IMG/VR virus record: IMGVR_UViG_3300029258_002996
Origin: a virus
Reading direction: 5' to 3' (one strand)
Length of the DNA stretch: 64,000 bases
This document shows positions 18,233 through 27,949 of the stretch, piece after piece. The translations under genes and the position numbers were made by a program. The notes beneath the pieces were generated by a model that saw only the letters and a list, made by a program, of their open reading frames with translations, did no database searches and was not told the origin of the DNA. Numbering within the stretch: position 1 is the stretch's first letter; each line of letters begins with the position of its first letter.

Positions 18233-21139
18233 CTACCCAGTTCCTTGATCCTTTCCACCCACCATGTATTGAGCGGCAAATTGAGATGCACCGCCCTTCG
18301 CTTCGTCTTCAGGACGCATGACTACGCGAGGAGCCGCTTGACGCGCCTTATAAATTCTTTGGTACTTTCGATTAAGCTGCTGCGCATCCTCGGCTTCTTC
18401 CCCACGGCGCGAATAAACCCGAAGAACCGCCCCCGGAGTATTGCTCGGCAGATTCATCACGTTCACCATGCGATCTCCCTGGGCAAACAACGGTCTCGTC
18501 GGGTCCATACCAGCTTTTACGCTTTGTTTCGCTACGTAGTTTCGTGCGGCATGATAGAAATGAGTGCCGCCTTGCGTCGGATCTTCGACTTCTCCACCGA
18601 GCAATCTTCTAGCCATTCGGAGAGATTCTGGAGAGGCTTCATGAGTGGTTGCGTAGGGCCTTTTCTGACCTTGCTTCCCGTAACCGGCTCCGCGCGTCAA
18701 AATATCGTAAATATCCCCACTCTTGCCCTTCTTCAACTCTTTCTTAACTCGGTTCAACAGAGTCCAGCCAATGACTTCCGCTTCTTCCCCCCACGCCTTG
18801 TGGACGGTTTCCGTCTCCAGCATTCGCGCAAGTGCTTCCACCTCCCGCGCTTGATAATCTTTGTCAAAAATGCCCTTTTCCACCTCAAGAGGTCGGTCCT
18901 CCGGAGCTTCCGCACCAAACACAAAACCGCATCGAGGACAGTTTCCTACGATTCCGACCGTAATATTCCCCTCTTGATCTACACTACTAACTTCCAAATT
19001 GATGCCGCCGCCGACCCAATAATCCGAAGAAAAACCCGGAGATTCTCGACGCTCTTTAGAAACCGGAATCGTGACCTGGGGCATGAAGCGAGTTGGCTGA
19101 GCTGTCGCCAGATCCACCAAAGGCATCGTAACCGGTCGCACGGTAGGCTGACTCGGTTGCCACATACCTCCAGGCAACGCAATCCCTTGTCGTGGAAGTT
19201 CCTGCTCCGGGATCCCCCCTCGCGCAACACCTGCAAAAGACCCCGGAGCAGGCGGAGCGCCCCGGTCTCCCTCCCGCACCGGAGCCGAAGGATCAAATGC
19301 CCACGCGCTCTGGACATTTTTAAGAGAGGACCCGAGAATGTCCATCCCCATGCTCTTCGCAGCAGCAGCCATCTGGTTAACGCCGCGCGACATCTTGTCT
19401 CGATGTTCCCCCTTCATTCCATAGAGATTGTTAATCTTGGACATCAGCTCGACGTTTTTGTCGAAGTCTCCACGGAGAATATTGCTCAAAAAATCTGGAA
19501 TAGATTTGAAGAATGCGATCAGCCATGCGAGTGTTTCGACCGCGAGGCTCAAAAGACCCTGACCAAGTTTCGCAATGCCCTTGTTCCAGATATTCATCAT
19601 GATCTCGAACTGGCTCGTTTTCTTCTGTTCCAACTGAAACGATTTGGCCAAAACCCCCATGCTCTCTTCGGTCGCCTTCGCCGCTTCCACCATCTTGCCC
19701 TCTTTCGCAAGATTGTAGAGCTTGGCCATCGCCCGAGCACCCTCGTATCCGAACTTGGCCTCCAGGAACTCCCGAGCGTAGGTTTCATCACCGCCAGTCG
19801 CGTCGAGAGCAATCTGGAACAGGGTCTTCGCGACTTCCAGGAACCGATTGGTATCCTTTCGATTCAAAGCCCGCTGGAGAGCGTCCTTGAGGCTCTGAGC
19901 GGCTCGAATCCCCTCCCCATGCCCTAGACGCTCCCCAACCAAGATCGCCCAATCATTGCCCATCTGAGCAATCCCAGCGGCGAGCTGCTGCAACCCCTCG
20001 GCAGCAACACGGCCCGCAAACTGCTTCGGAACCCCCATGTCCTCATAAGCCTTCCCCAAAGTCTTGGCAAGATCCATCACATCCCGAATGTTATAACCAA
20101 GACCGGCCAGAGACTCCGCAGCCGCCTCCACGTTTCTCACGAAATAAGGCTGTCCGATGCCCTCCCGACCTTCCATGTAGAGGTCGGTAACAGCTTCCCG
20201 GGCCTCGTCCGTAGTCAACGCATACTTGGCCATGTAGTCAACCATTCGTCGCGCGCTCGTACCTCCGGGAAGCTCAAACATAAGATCCAAGGCGTGAGAA
20301 ACGGTTTGAGTCGTGCTCTCGACCCCTTTCAAGGTGATCCCTACTCGTTGCTCGATTCGTTCGATGGCGACGCCGCCGTCAACGAATGCTTTCGTAACTC
20401 CCTGAGTTTCTGATTTATGGATCCCATAATACTGTTGAAGATGCTCTTGCAGACCGGAAAGATTCCGGGTAGCCGCGCGAGTAGCAGCGTTCAACCCGCC
20501 ATCATACGCCGCGACGAGAATGTTCTGCATCTCGCCCGCTTCGGCACGTACCCGATCTTTGTCGAGAAACCCAGCCTTCATCCAGTTGACGATTCCTGAA
20601 AGTACGCCGCCCGGCAACGGAATCTTCAGACTGCCAAGCATCCCCTTGATGTTGTTCCAAAAAGAGGAAAGCTCGGTATCCATGATGGTCAGCGGGGCGC
20701 GCGCCAGTCCCGTCAATTCTCGCTTCAACCAACTCTTCTTTTCTTTAGATTTATCTTCGTCGGATTTAATTACCCCAGCTTCCTGAGCCATCTGAAGAAG
20801 ATCGACAGCATCTCCTGAGAGTTTTCCAAAGTTTTCGTTGGCCGCGTCCACGGTGGAATCGAGCTTGTCAAAAGATTTTTCCATGTTCTTGGACATGGAG
20901 CTGTATTGCCCCGCTACATTGGCCACATATTGATCGCTCAAGTTTACCAATCGGCTCGCTTTTTTGAACTCCTCACTCCCCACCAAAACGCCCACCGCAG
21001 AACTGAAATGTCCGATAGAGCGGAAAGTTTCATCAAAAAGCTGAGAGTTGGTTTTTGAAAGATCCTCGACCGCGACTCCGAGATCGGTAAACCGCTGCTT
21101 GGCAGCATCGAGCTGAGTTATGTCGACAAAGTCAGCCAT
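18233..21139 (-). CDS. Tape-measure paralogue 3 with C-terminal SleB/Hydrolase_2-like cell-wall hydrolase
   Basis: Helical core homologous to the two upstream genes. C-terminal ALARMLETE...IGWTLLNRV...DPTQGGTHFYH. Confidence 0.8.
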   Translation of the reverse strand: MADFVDITQLDAAKQRFTDLGVAVEDLSKTNSQLFDETFRSIGHFSSAVGVLVGSEEFKKASRLVNLSDQYVANVAGQYSSMSKNMEKSFDKLDSTVDAANENFGKLSGDAVDLLQMAQEAGVIKSDEDKSKEKKSWLKRELTGLARAPLTIMDTELSSFWNNIKGMLGSLKIPLPGGVLSGIVNWMKAGFLDKDRVRAEAGEMQNILVAAYDGGLNAATRAATRNLSGLQEHLQQYYGIHKSETQGVTKAFVDGGVAIERIEQRVGITLKGVESTTQTVSHALDLMFELPGGTSARRMVDYMAKYALTTDEAREAVTDLYMEGREGIGQPYFVRNVEAAAESLAGLGYNIRDVMDLAKTLGKAYEDMGVPKQFAGRVAAEGLQQLAAGIAQMGNDWAILVGERLGHGEGIRAAQSLKDALQRALNRKDTNRFLEVAKTLFQIALDATGGDETYAREFLEAKFGYEGARAMAKLYNLAKEGKMVEAAKATEESMGVLAKSFQLEQKKTSQFEIMMNIWNKGIAKLGQGLLSLAVETLAWLIAFFKSIPDFLSNILRGDFDKNVELMSKINNLYGMKGEHRDKMSRGVNQMAAAAKSMGMDILGSSLKNVQSAWAFDPSAPVREGDRGAPPAPGSFAGVARGGIPEQELPRQGIALPGGMWQPSQPTVRPVTMPLVDLATAQPTRFMPQVTIPVSKERRESPGFSSDYWVGGGINLEVSSVDQEGNITVGIVGNCPRCGFVFGAEAPEDRPLEVEKGIFDKDYQAREVEALARMLETETVHKAWGEEAEVIGWTLLNRVKKELKKGKSGDIYDILTRGAGYGKQGQKRPYATTHEASPESLRMARRLLGGEVEDPTQGGTHFYHAARNYVAKQSVKAGMDPTRPLFAQGDRMVNVMNLPSNTPGAVLRVYSRRGEEAEDAQQLNRKYQRIYKARQAAPRVVMRPEDEAKGGASQFAAQYMVGGKDQGTG

Positions 21140-21142
21140 TTC

Positions 21143-23686
21143 TTAACCCGGGGGTAAAACCTTCTTTCCCGAAACCGCCAAAGAAGCCGGAATAAGACGC
21201 ACCCCGGCATCTCCGGACAAACCCGCCGTAGTATCATCCGAATAGTCGCGCAGAGTGAACTTACCCTCAGTATCCTGCTCTGCTCTTCTCTTCGCTTGCT
21301 CCTTTATATGATCGCGAGTCCGGTCTCGGATGATTTCCCCGTGCGTCCGTCCTTCTCGTTCCACATTGAGAATGCCGGTCTCGTTCAAAACAAAACGTGT
21401 CATCGGAGGAGCGAGGACTTCGAGACCGGGAACGACTTCTCCCATATTCTTCGCAAAACCCAACGCGCTCTCTACCGATTGAGCAGCAGTAGGATCGTAA
21501 GTGCCTGAGATGCGCTCTAGCTCACGACCACCGGGACTCCACCGACGACCGGTGTAGGGATCGATGGCAATTTGATTCATCCAAACCAAATCCCCGCTTT
21601 CCGTTTTCTTTTTCATCCAATCGGGCGCACGTTGAGGAGCGGCTTCACCTCGCATGTATTGTTCGGCAAGCTCTTGAGCCCTTTCCGATTGCTGCAACTC
21701 TTCGGGAGACATCGACGCCAACTTATCCAGATCTTGTTGTCTCGGAGGTTCGTAGTACTTTTGCCTACCAAAAAATAAATTCAAGATAGTCCCCACGGTG
21801 CCAGGAAACATTGCCGAGAGTTTCTGGGACGAATTGTACAAAGAATCCTCAATCTTCTGCCAGTTGGTCCCCATATCACGCCAAATAGAAGAAACCTTTT
21901 CCCACAGACGATCCATCACCAGATCAACCTCACCTGACTTGAACCCGTAGTAAAGAGCTGGGAAAGTTTTTACACCTACGATGAGAAGAGCAACAATATT
22001 GGTAAGGATCCCAAAAAGACCCTCCGAAACACCAGAAATCATATCGATCAATTCACGACGGGTAACATCCAAGGTCGAAACCGCCTCACGCTCACGACCA
22101 AACGCATCTTTCAGGTTCCGAACCTGGCTTTTATCCAGATCGGCCAACTTACCAACTTCACCCAGTTCCTCCGTCAAATCGTGAATCAACGCCGCGTCGC
22201 CAACCGAAACACTTAGAATATCGCTGACCGCCATGATTCTCTGGGCACGGCTTCCTGCCAACTGACGCATCACCACGTTAGAAAAGGCTTTCAAAAGCTT
22301 TTCGAGAAACTCGTCACTACCCCCACCCTCTTTCAAACGACTTAGACCGTCCTTGAACTGCTGCACGAGATCGAGTCCGCGCGCCTGCTCATCCCCCGTA
22401 ATGTCGCGCATCAGCTCGATTTTCAATTTATCTCCGATATTTTGAAATGCCTCCAACAAATTTACAGCCACGCCCACTGCCTGTCGTCCTGCGAATTTTC
22501 GATTGAGACCCATCTCCTCGTAATGATCGGTGATTCGGTTAACCATGACCGCCACGAATTCAACATTGCCGCCGAGCTTTCGAAGCGCATCCTCACTATC
22601 CAAGACGGCTCCAATGAATTTTTCAGTACCGATTCTACTTCGTTGCGCGGCCCCTGCGATTTTCATGTAGGATTTAAGTGCTTCGTGAGCGCCCATCGCG
22701 TAGTTGTGCATAAACTCCACGGCACGCTGCATTGAAGTTCCGTCCGCGACGTGAAAGTGCTTATCGAGCGCCAAGGAAGCTTTCACTACGTTGTCCCCGA
22801 CACCGCCAAGACCTTTGTCAAATTCCTTCAAAAAATCGTCCGCCTCTACTCCGGCATCGACGAGCAGCTTAGCAGTCGCCTGTACATCTTTCCGCGCGAG
22901 TCGATACCGCCACTGAGCGTGTTCTGCGAAGCTGCTCAGGTTACGAACCGCTCGTTGAGTTTTCCCACTCATCAAAGAATCGAAAGAAGATTGAAAAACG
23001 TTCGCCATCTCCCCTAGCTCAGCGCGCTTACGATCTTTCTCCCGGTATCCAATCGAAAGAGCCCCGAACAGCCCGCTGACAAAACCTCCACCGAGCCGGG
23101 AAAGTTTATCGGGGAGCTTCTTTAACAAATCTCCGATTCCTTCGTAAGCTTTCAAAACAGCAGCTTCAATTTTACTGGTGGCTTCCCGAGATTCCTTCGC
23201 GGCTTCCTTTCGAACGCCAAACACACCTTCGGAAGCTTTCATAGTTTCCTTGAAAGTCCCTTTGACCTCTTCTTTTGCGCTCTTCATGTCACGCTCGGCC
23301 ATGCCAATCGCAGACTCTACCGATTGATGTTGCGGATCCTGCGGCGACGGTTTTTTCTTGAAAACTTTATCGAGCTTCACCTCTTTCATTGTCGCAAGGT
23401 TTTCTACGATCCGCCTCGCCTCCCGTTGTTGAGCCTCCAGATAAAAAGCGATGCGCCCCTGGTCGGCGGCTCCGAGTGGGGCGGGCTCCGGGAGACTTGC
23501 CAAAGCGGATGATATCGGCAAATCCATCCCCAACGTTAAATCGTAAAACGAAGACACATCCTGAGCGGTGCCGACCGCGATGTCCTGAACGGTCGCTCCA
23601 AATTCGGTATAGGAACGTTGAAGATTCGCAACCTGACTTTGCAAACCAGTAAGATCAAGTTCTACCTTTGGTATTTCCTCAGCCAT
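21143..23686 (-). CDS. Tape-measure paralogue 2
   Basis: Ala/Leu/Glu-rich helical protein sharing GEM, EHAQW and ALD.H motifs with its neighbours. Confidence 0.7.
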   Translation of the reverse strand: MAEEIPKVELDLTGLQSQVANLQRSYTEFGATVQDIAVGTAQDVSSFYDLTLGMDLPISSALASLPEPAPLGAADQGRIAFYLEAQQREARRIVENLATMKEVKLDKVFKKKPSPQDPQHQSVESAIGMAERDMKSAKEEVKGTFKETMKASEGVFGVRKEAAKESREATSKIEAAVLKAYEGIGDLLKKLPDKLSRLGGGFVSGLFGALSIGYREKDRKRAELGEMANVFQSSFDSLMSGKTQRAVRNLSSFAEHAQWRYRLARKDVQATAKLLVDAGVEADDFLKEFDKGLGGVGDNVVKASLALDKHFHVADGTSMQRAVEFMHNYAMGAHEALKSYMKIAGAAQRSRIGTEKFIGAVLDSEDALRKLGGNVEFVAVMVNRITDHYEEMGLNRKFAGRQAVGVAVNLLEAFQNIGDKLKIELMRDITGDEQARGLDLVQQFKDGLSRLKEGGGSDEFLEKLLKAFSNVVMRQLAGSRAQRIMAVSDILSVSVGDAALIHDLTEELGEVGKLADLDKSQVRNLKDAFGREREAVSTLDVTRRELIDMISGVSEGLFGILTNIVALLIVGVKTFPALYYGFKSGEVDLVMDRLWEKVSSIWRDMGTNWQKIEDSLYNSSQKLSAMFPGTVGTILNLFFGRQKYYEPPRQQDLDKLASMSPEELQQSERAQELAEQYMRGEAAPQRAPDWMKKKTESGDLVWMNQIAIDPYTGRRWSPGGRELERISGTYDPTAAQSVESALGFAKNMGEVVPGLEVLAPPMTRFVLNETGILNVEREGRTHGEIIRDRTRDHIKEQAKRRAEQDTEGKFTLRDYSDDTTAGLSGDAGVRLIPASLAVSGKKVLPPG

Positions 23687-26004
23687 TAATCTGACGGTGG
23701 AAGTGTCCGCTCCTTGTGTTTGATATCCGCCTGGGCGATTGCTTCAGAAGATATGACCACTTCGGCACGCCGAGGGTTTGCCATGATTTCGCGCTCTTTG
23801 GCGTTGGCTAACGGTTCTGGCTTGGCCCGCTCTTGGTCACGCACTGCCTTGACTTCGGAACCGCGAGGCATTCCAGGATGCTTCGGAGGCGGTTCGCTTT
23901 CTTCCGTAGCCGAGTCCGGAGGAGCTACCGCAGGGGGTTCCGGGGTCGCAGACTCGGGGATCCGTTTACCTACGGTCCCCGCAGCTCCGGTCGCAAGCCC
24001 TTTCGCCGCTCTCCAGGCACCTTTGAACAGTTCAATTGGGCTTCCGGACGTACCGCGACCCACAACTCTCGGAGTCGTCGGCTGATCTTCCCTACGAGGT
24101 CCTTCAAGGTTTCCACTCGCAGCTCGTTTCAATATATCCAGCGGACCGCCTAGAGCCTCTGAGACTGATCCCGGAACTTCTTCCAGCCCTTCCATTGCCT
24201 GGACGACTCCCTCCCCCAAAGTTCCGACGAGCATTTTCATCTCGTCACCGATCTTCGTCAGCTCCCGATTCCCCTCTTCCCCTCCCCTTAAAGTAGCGCT
24301 GATAAGACGAGGCAACGAAGTGATGCCTACCGTCAGGATAGCCAAAATTGAAGTCAAAACCTTCAAAAGACCGTTCCCAACCCCAGCCAAAGCGTTGATA
24401 AGCTTCCTTTCCGTCTGTTCCAACGTGGAAACCGCTTTTCTATTGATCTCGAACGCCTGCTGAACTGCGCGCTTCTGTTCCGGAGCAAGCTTTTGAAAAT
24501 CGTTGTACTTCTTGAGTTCCTCCCGCGCATCCAGCAACGTAGCTGCTGTCTGGGTCTGCATGCCTTGGTTTTCCAAAAACAAGATAGCTTCGGAACGACC
24601 ACGACCCTCCAGAGCCCACGCGGTAAGGTGCATGGTCGCTTCGACAAGGAAACCTTCGTCCTCACCGCGAGCAGCTCGGGCAGCCCCCTCCTCGTACTTT
24701 ACGAATGCTGCATGCGCCTCCATGCCAGGGAACATCCGACGCGCTAGCTCAAGCTTGGAACTACTGCCAAGGTTGGCTACGGCGCCCGTGTAGTTATCTA
24801 CAAACCGAGCTGCCATTTCCCCAGCATGCTGCGGATGGAGTCCCATTCGGCGATAGTGCCGCTCGATATTCACCATAATGTTCGCAACATCACGAACGTC
24901 GATACCGTATTGCTGCATCGCCGAAGCACCGGACATCACCGCGTTGATGAACTTGTCGATTCCGGCCCCGCTGCGCTGCGCAGCCATCCCGAAACCGATG
25001 TAATCCTTAGTCGCCTTCTCCAACGTGTCACCGTAGTCAGAAACCAAGGTAATCACGTTTGACATCGCAGTACCCTGAGCCCTGTGGAGATGGGCATCCA
25101 GCGCCATTGTGGCAACTACGGCATTCTGACCAACGTACCCCAAGTCTTCGCTAATTCTTTTTTCGAAATCCTCGCGTCGATATCCAGCTTGCGCCATCTG
25201 ACTGACAACGCCCTGCGTTTCTTCCTTGCTGATCCCGTAAAACCACTGAGCGTGTTCTTGAAAAGCACTGAACCATCCAATGGTTTTTTCGAGAGACCCC
25301 GGGCCTGAAAGTCGCTCACCGGTAGCTTCCAGTACGTTGGCCATTTCCCCGCGTTGCGCGGTGAGGCGCGCGTCCTCTTTCCTACCCAAAATCATCCAGT
25401 TGATGAGCGTGCCGATGACTCCCCCACCGACCCCTGGAATGTTACTCAAGAGACTTCCAAGAGACTGTTTCAGCCCCTTCAATTCACTTTCCGCGTACTG
25501 TAAGAGTTGCGCAACACCTTTTTTGAACACTTCCAGCTCGTCTTTCAACGTGCGCTTCATCTCTTTGTGCTGCTGCTCGACTTCGGACATCGTGGCACGC
25601 GCCACATCCGCCATCTCCAGGACTGCCTTGATTTCTTTCGAGACGCGCTGAAGCTCCGGAGGAGTCCCGACGCCTGCTTCGCCGCCAACCTGGATCCCAG
25701 ACAAGCGACTCATGTTGGCGGCTACGGTTTCGCTCTGCCTAGAAAGATTTTCAAGATTTCGGACCGTGGAGCCCATGCCTCGCTGAATCGATTGAGCCGA
25801 TTGATCCAGTTGCGGAATCATGGTTTGCAGAGAGGCTGAAACTCCTTCTGTGGATTGTCTGAGAGCTTGCGTATCGGTGGTCGCAGCGTTCACTACCTCA
25901 CGCACTGCCATGCCGAAATCGGTATAGTCCCGCGTCAGCTCGTTGATCTGATTATCGAACTCAGAAAAATCAAACGAAAGCAGATAGTCTTTGGCAACCG
26001 CCAT
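23686..26004 (-). CDS. Tape-measure paralogue 1
   Basis: Immediately downstream of the frameshifted chaperone, the canonical tape-measure position. Shares motifs with the next two genes. Confidence 0.75.
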   Translation of the reverse strand: MAVAKDYLLSFDFSEFDNQINELTRDYTDFGMAVREVVNAATTDTQALRQSTEGVSASLQTMIPQLDQSAQSIQRGMGSTVRNLENLSRQSETVAANMSRLSGIQVGGEAGVGTPPELQRVSKEIKAVLEMADVARATMSEVEQQHKEMKRTLKDELEVFKKGVAQLLQYAESELKGLKQSLGSLLSNIPGVGGGVIGTLINWMILGRKEDARLTAQRGEMANVLEATGERLSGPGSLEKTIGWFSAFQEHAQWFYGISKEETQGVVSQMAQAGYRREDFEKRISEDLGYVGQNAVVATMALDAHLHRAQGTAMSNVITLVSDYGDTLEKATKDYIGFGMAAQRSGAGIDKFINAVMSGASAMQQYGIDVRDVANIMVNIERHYRRMGLHPQHAGEMAARFVDNYTGAVANLGSSSKLELARRMFPGMEAHAAFVKYEEGAARAARGEDEGFLVEATMHLTAWALEGRGRSEAILFLENQGMQTQTAATLLDAREELKKYNDFQKLAPEQKRAVQQAFEINRKAVSTLEQTERKLINALAGVGNGLLKVLTSILAILTVGITSLPRLISATLRGGEEGNRELTKIGDEMKMLVGTLGEGVVQAMEGLEEVPGSVSEALGGPLDILKRAASGNLEGPRREDQPTTPRVVGRGTSGSPIELFKGAWRAAKGLATGAAGTVGKRIPESATPEPPAVAPPDSATEESEPPPKHPGMPRGSEVKAVRDQERAKPEPLANAKEREIMANPRRAEVVISSEAIAQADIKHKERTLPPSD

Positions 26005-26005
26005 T

Positions 26006-26830
26006 TCAGTCCGTTTCGATTACAACGCGGCTTCGCTTGCGCTTCGCCGGAATTTCATCCAAGGAACCTTCGGATTCGATCCTCACGGGGATCTCCTCGG
26101 TTTCTCCTACATCTTTCTTTCGTTTCGCCTCCTCGCGAAGCTCTCTTCTAGCTTGTCCGATGGTTCGGGCTCTTCTCGGCATCAGATCAATCTGCTCGGC
26201 ATCGAGATCTTCCTTCGACACCACGAGACTCTCCAGCATCTTCTGCATCATGGGATCCCCCCAAGAAAGAGATTCCTGAAGCTCGTCAGGCTCGTTATCA
26301 AATTGGATATCACCTTCAGCCATGAAGGCTTCTAACTCTTCAGGAGTCAACTCCGGTTCCGATTCTCGGTCGGTTACAAATTCGGAGCCTTCGACTTCGA
26401 GATCCTGACGGACTTGTTCTTGGGTATGGTACTCCCCTTGCTTTTTGAGGATTCCAGCCACTACGTCCTCGCGACCCATTCCCAGCATCAACGGGAGATA
26501 CTCACCTTCCTGCGGCAAGCGCAGTAGTCCCGTATGAGGGTCCTCGACCGGCATCAAGTTGACCCCGAGAACGGAAATAACCTCGTCTCGAACCGCATCC
26601 ATGATGGCCTTCATCTCGTCGTATCTGCGCTCCTCGTTCCTCTGAATCGCAGCGTCTTCGAACGCCCACTGCGTTTCATTCATGTTCCTCAACCGAGGAT
26701 CCCCTATCGGGATGTTTCGCTGCGTCAAGATCTGCGCCTTGATCTGCAAATGCGAAACTATTTTTCTCCAGAAGGGGAAAGTTCGGTCCCAGAGGGGTCG
26801 ATACCCTCGTCCGAACTCTCCCCGGAGGAT
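26006..26830 (-). CDS. Tail assembly chaperone -1 frameshift extension (gpT-like part of a ~429-aa gpGT-type fusion)
   Basis: Overlaps the upstream chaperone in the -1 frame and is entered at A AAA AAA, giving ...ALKK-ILRGEFG. Confidence 0.8.
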   Translation of the reverse strand: MLRGEFGRGYRPLWDRTFPFWRKIVSHLQIKAQILTQRNIPIGDPRLRNMNETQWAFEDAAIQRNEERRYDEMKAIMDAVRDEVISVLGVNLMPVEDPHTGLLRLPQEGEYLPLMLGMGREDVVAGILKKQGEYHTQEQVRQDLEVEGSEFVTDRESEPELTPEELEAFMAEGDIQFDNEPDELQESLSWGDPMMQKMLESLVVSKEDLDAEQIDLMPRRARTIGQARRELREEAKRKKDVGETEEIPVRIESEGSLDEIPAKRKRSRVVIETD

Positions 26831-27294
26831 TTTTTTAACGCATCCTGAGCGTTCGACCTGCGGTCCTCCATCCTCTGCCACTCATCCCACAAGTCCGAAA
26901 TGACTTCTGGAAAACGGTCCGCGAGGAACTTCATCAGGTGTTCCGCCGTGAAGTACTTCGCAGAGTACGGCCCCTTTCCCTCCACGATCTCAAGCGCCCT
27001 CCGGCTCTCCTCGGTTGCGTCCCATTCCTCTCGAAAGAATTCGAAAACGGGAGTGCCGTTGATCTGTCGAATTCCGATTGCCAACGTAGGGAGCCGCCAC
27101 GAGCTAACGGCGCTCAGCTTCGAGCCGAGATTGATGTAGCCGTTTCTCCAGTTCGACTCCTCTTCGTTGAGCAGCCGCATCTTGAACTCGAAGCCTTTCA
27201 CGTTGCAGGTGTGCTCGATGGTCTCGCCGTCCAGTTCCTTGGCAAGATCCATCAGGACTTGTTTCGGATTTACGTTTTTCTGTTCGGTAGACAT
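26758..27294 (-). CDS. Tail assembly chaperone (gpG-like)
   Basis: Lies between tube and tape-measure genes and carries the slippery site near its 3' end. Confidence 0.85.
   Translation of the reverse strand: MSTEQKNVNPKQVLMDLAKELDGETIEHTCNVKGFEFKMRLLNEEESNWRNGYINLGSKLSAVSSWRLPTLAIGIRQINGTPVFEFFREEWDATEESRRALEIVEGKGPYSAKYFTAEHLMKFLADRFPEVISDLWDEWQRMEDRRSNAQDALKKSSGESSDEGIDPSGTELSPSGEK
26774..26836 (-). promoter_or_regulatory. Programmed -1 ribosomal frameshift signal
   Basis: Slippery A AAA AAA (26836-26830), 6-nt spacer, then a 13-bp stem GGGGAGAGTTCGG/CCGAACTTTCCCC with an inner GAGGG/CCCTC stem. Confidence 0.88.
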
Positions 27295-27339
27295 GGGGCT
27301 TTCGCTCCTCTCTCCCGCAATGCGGGGTAAAACGGGTTT

Positions 27340-27945
27340 TTAAATAGGTCTAACTTTTGTATAGTTCAGTGTTGCGTTCACCATCACTATTCGGTCGCCC
27401 TGCGCTGACAAATTACGACCGATCTGAGAAAACCAGCATCCCGAATACCACCACTTTTCAACCTCAAAATCTCCGGTGCCGGTCTCTATCTTTTCGATTT
27501 TTTCATCGGTAAGTCCGACGAAATTCAAAGCCTTGATCTGCCCTTCTCCTATTTTGTCAACCACGTCAGAAGTTTTATTGCCCAATTTGTCCAGCCAAGG
27601 AAAGGACCATTTGATACCGACATCCCCCACATAGCGGATCCACTTCTCCTCCACGTCGAAAGGGTTGTGCTGGTTCGTGAGCATCCAGTAGGCATTCGGG
27701 TTTCCCCACACCTCCTCCATTTTCGCCCTATACAGATCGTATCGGGAAACTTGGATGGTGAGGTTCGTAGCCGTCGCGGGAACTTGCTCAAGGGGGTTAC
27801 CTACTCCGACTGCGTCGATCTCGTACAGAGGAGCCACTCCGCGAGATTGACTCGGAGCCCAGGTCTGGATCTGACCGATGGTGTAACCGCCAGCTCGAAT
27901 GGATACGGCATGACTGGTACGAACCGTAGTTTCCGGGACTGGCAT
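27340..27945 (-). CDS. Tail tube paralogue with ~50-aa insertion
   Basis: Shares IGQIQTWAP, LTIQVSRYDL and GCWFSQIGRNL.AQGDRIVMVNATLNY with the upstream gene. Confidence 0.85.
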   Translation of the reverse strand: MPVPETTVRTSHAVSIRAGGYTIGQIQTWAPSQSRGVAPLYEIDAVGVGNPLEQVPATATNLTIQVSRYDLYRAKMEEVWGNPNAYWMLTNQHNPFDVEEKWIRYVGDVGIKWSFPWLDKLGNKTSDVVDKIGEGQIKALNFVGLTDEKIEKIETGTGDFEVEKWWYSGCWFSQIGRNLSAQGDRIVMVNATLNYTKVRPI

Positions 27946-27949
27946 TTCG

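Noticed and set aside
18245-19927. 560-aa plus-strand ORF and other long antisense ORFs (e.g. 61962-63113, 39156-40160, 32180-33109)
   Set aside because: They lie wholly opposite well-supported minus-strand genes, have no recognisable motifs and show the composition of shadow frames.
26831-26881. Independent GTG start for ORF 26006..26881
   Set aside because: No clear Shine-Dalgarno. The overlap is explained by the slippery heptamer and hairpin.
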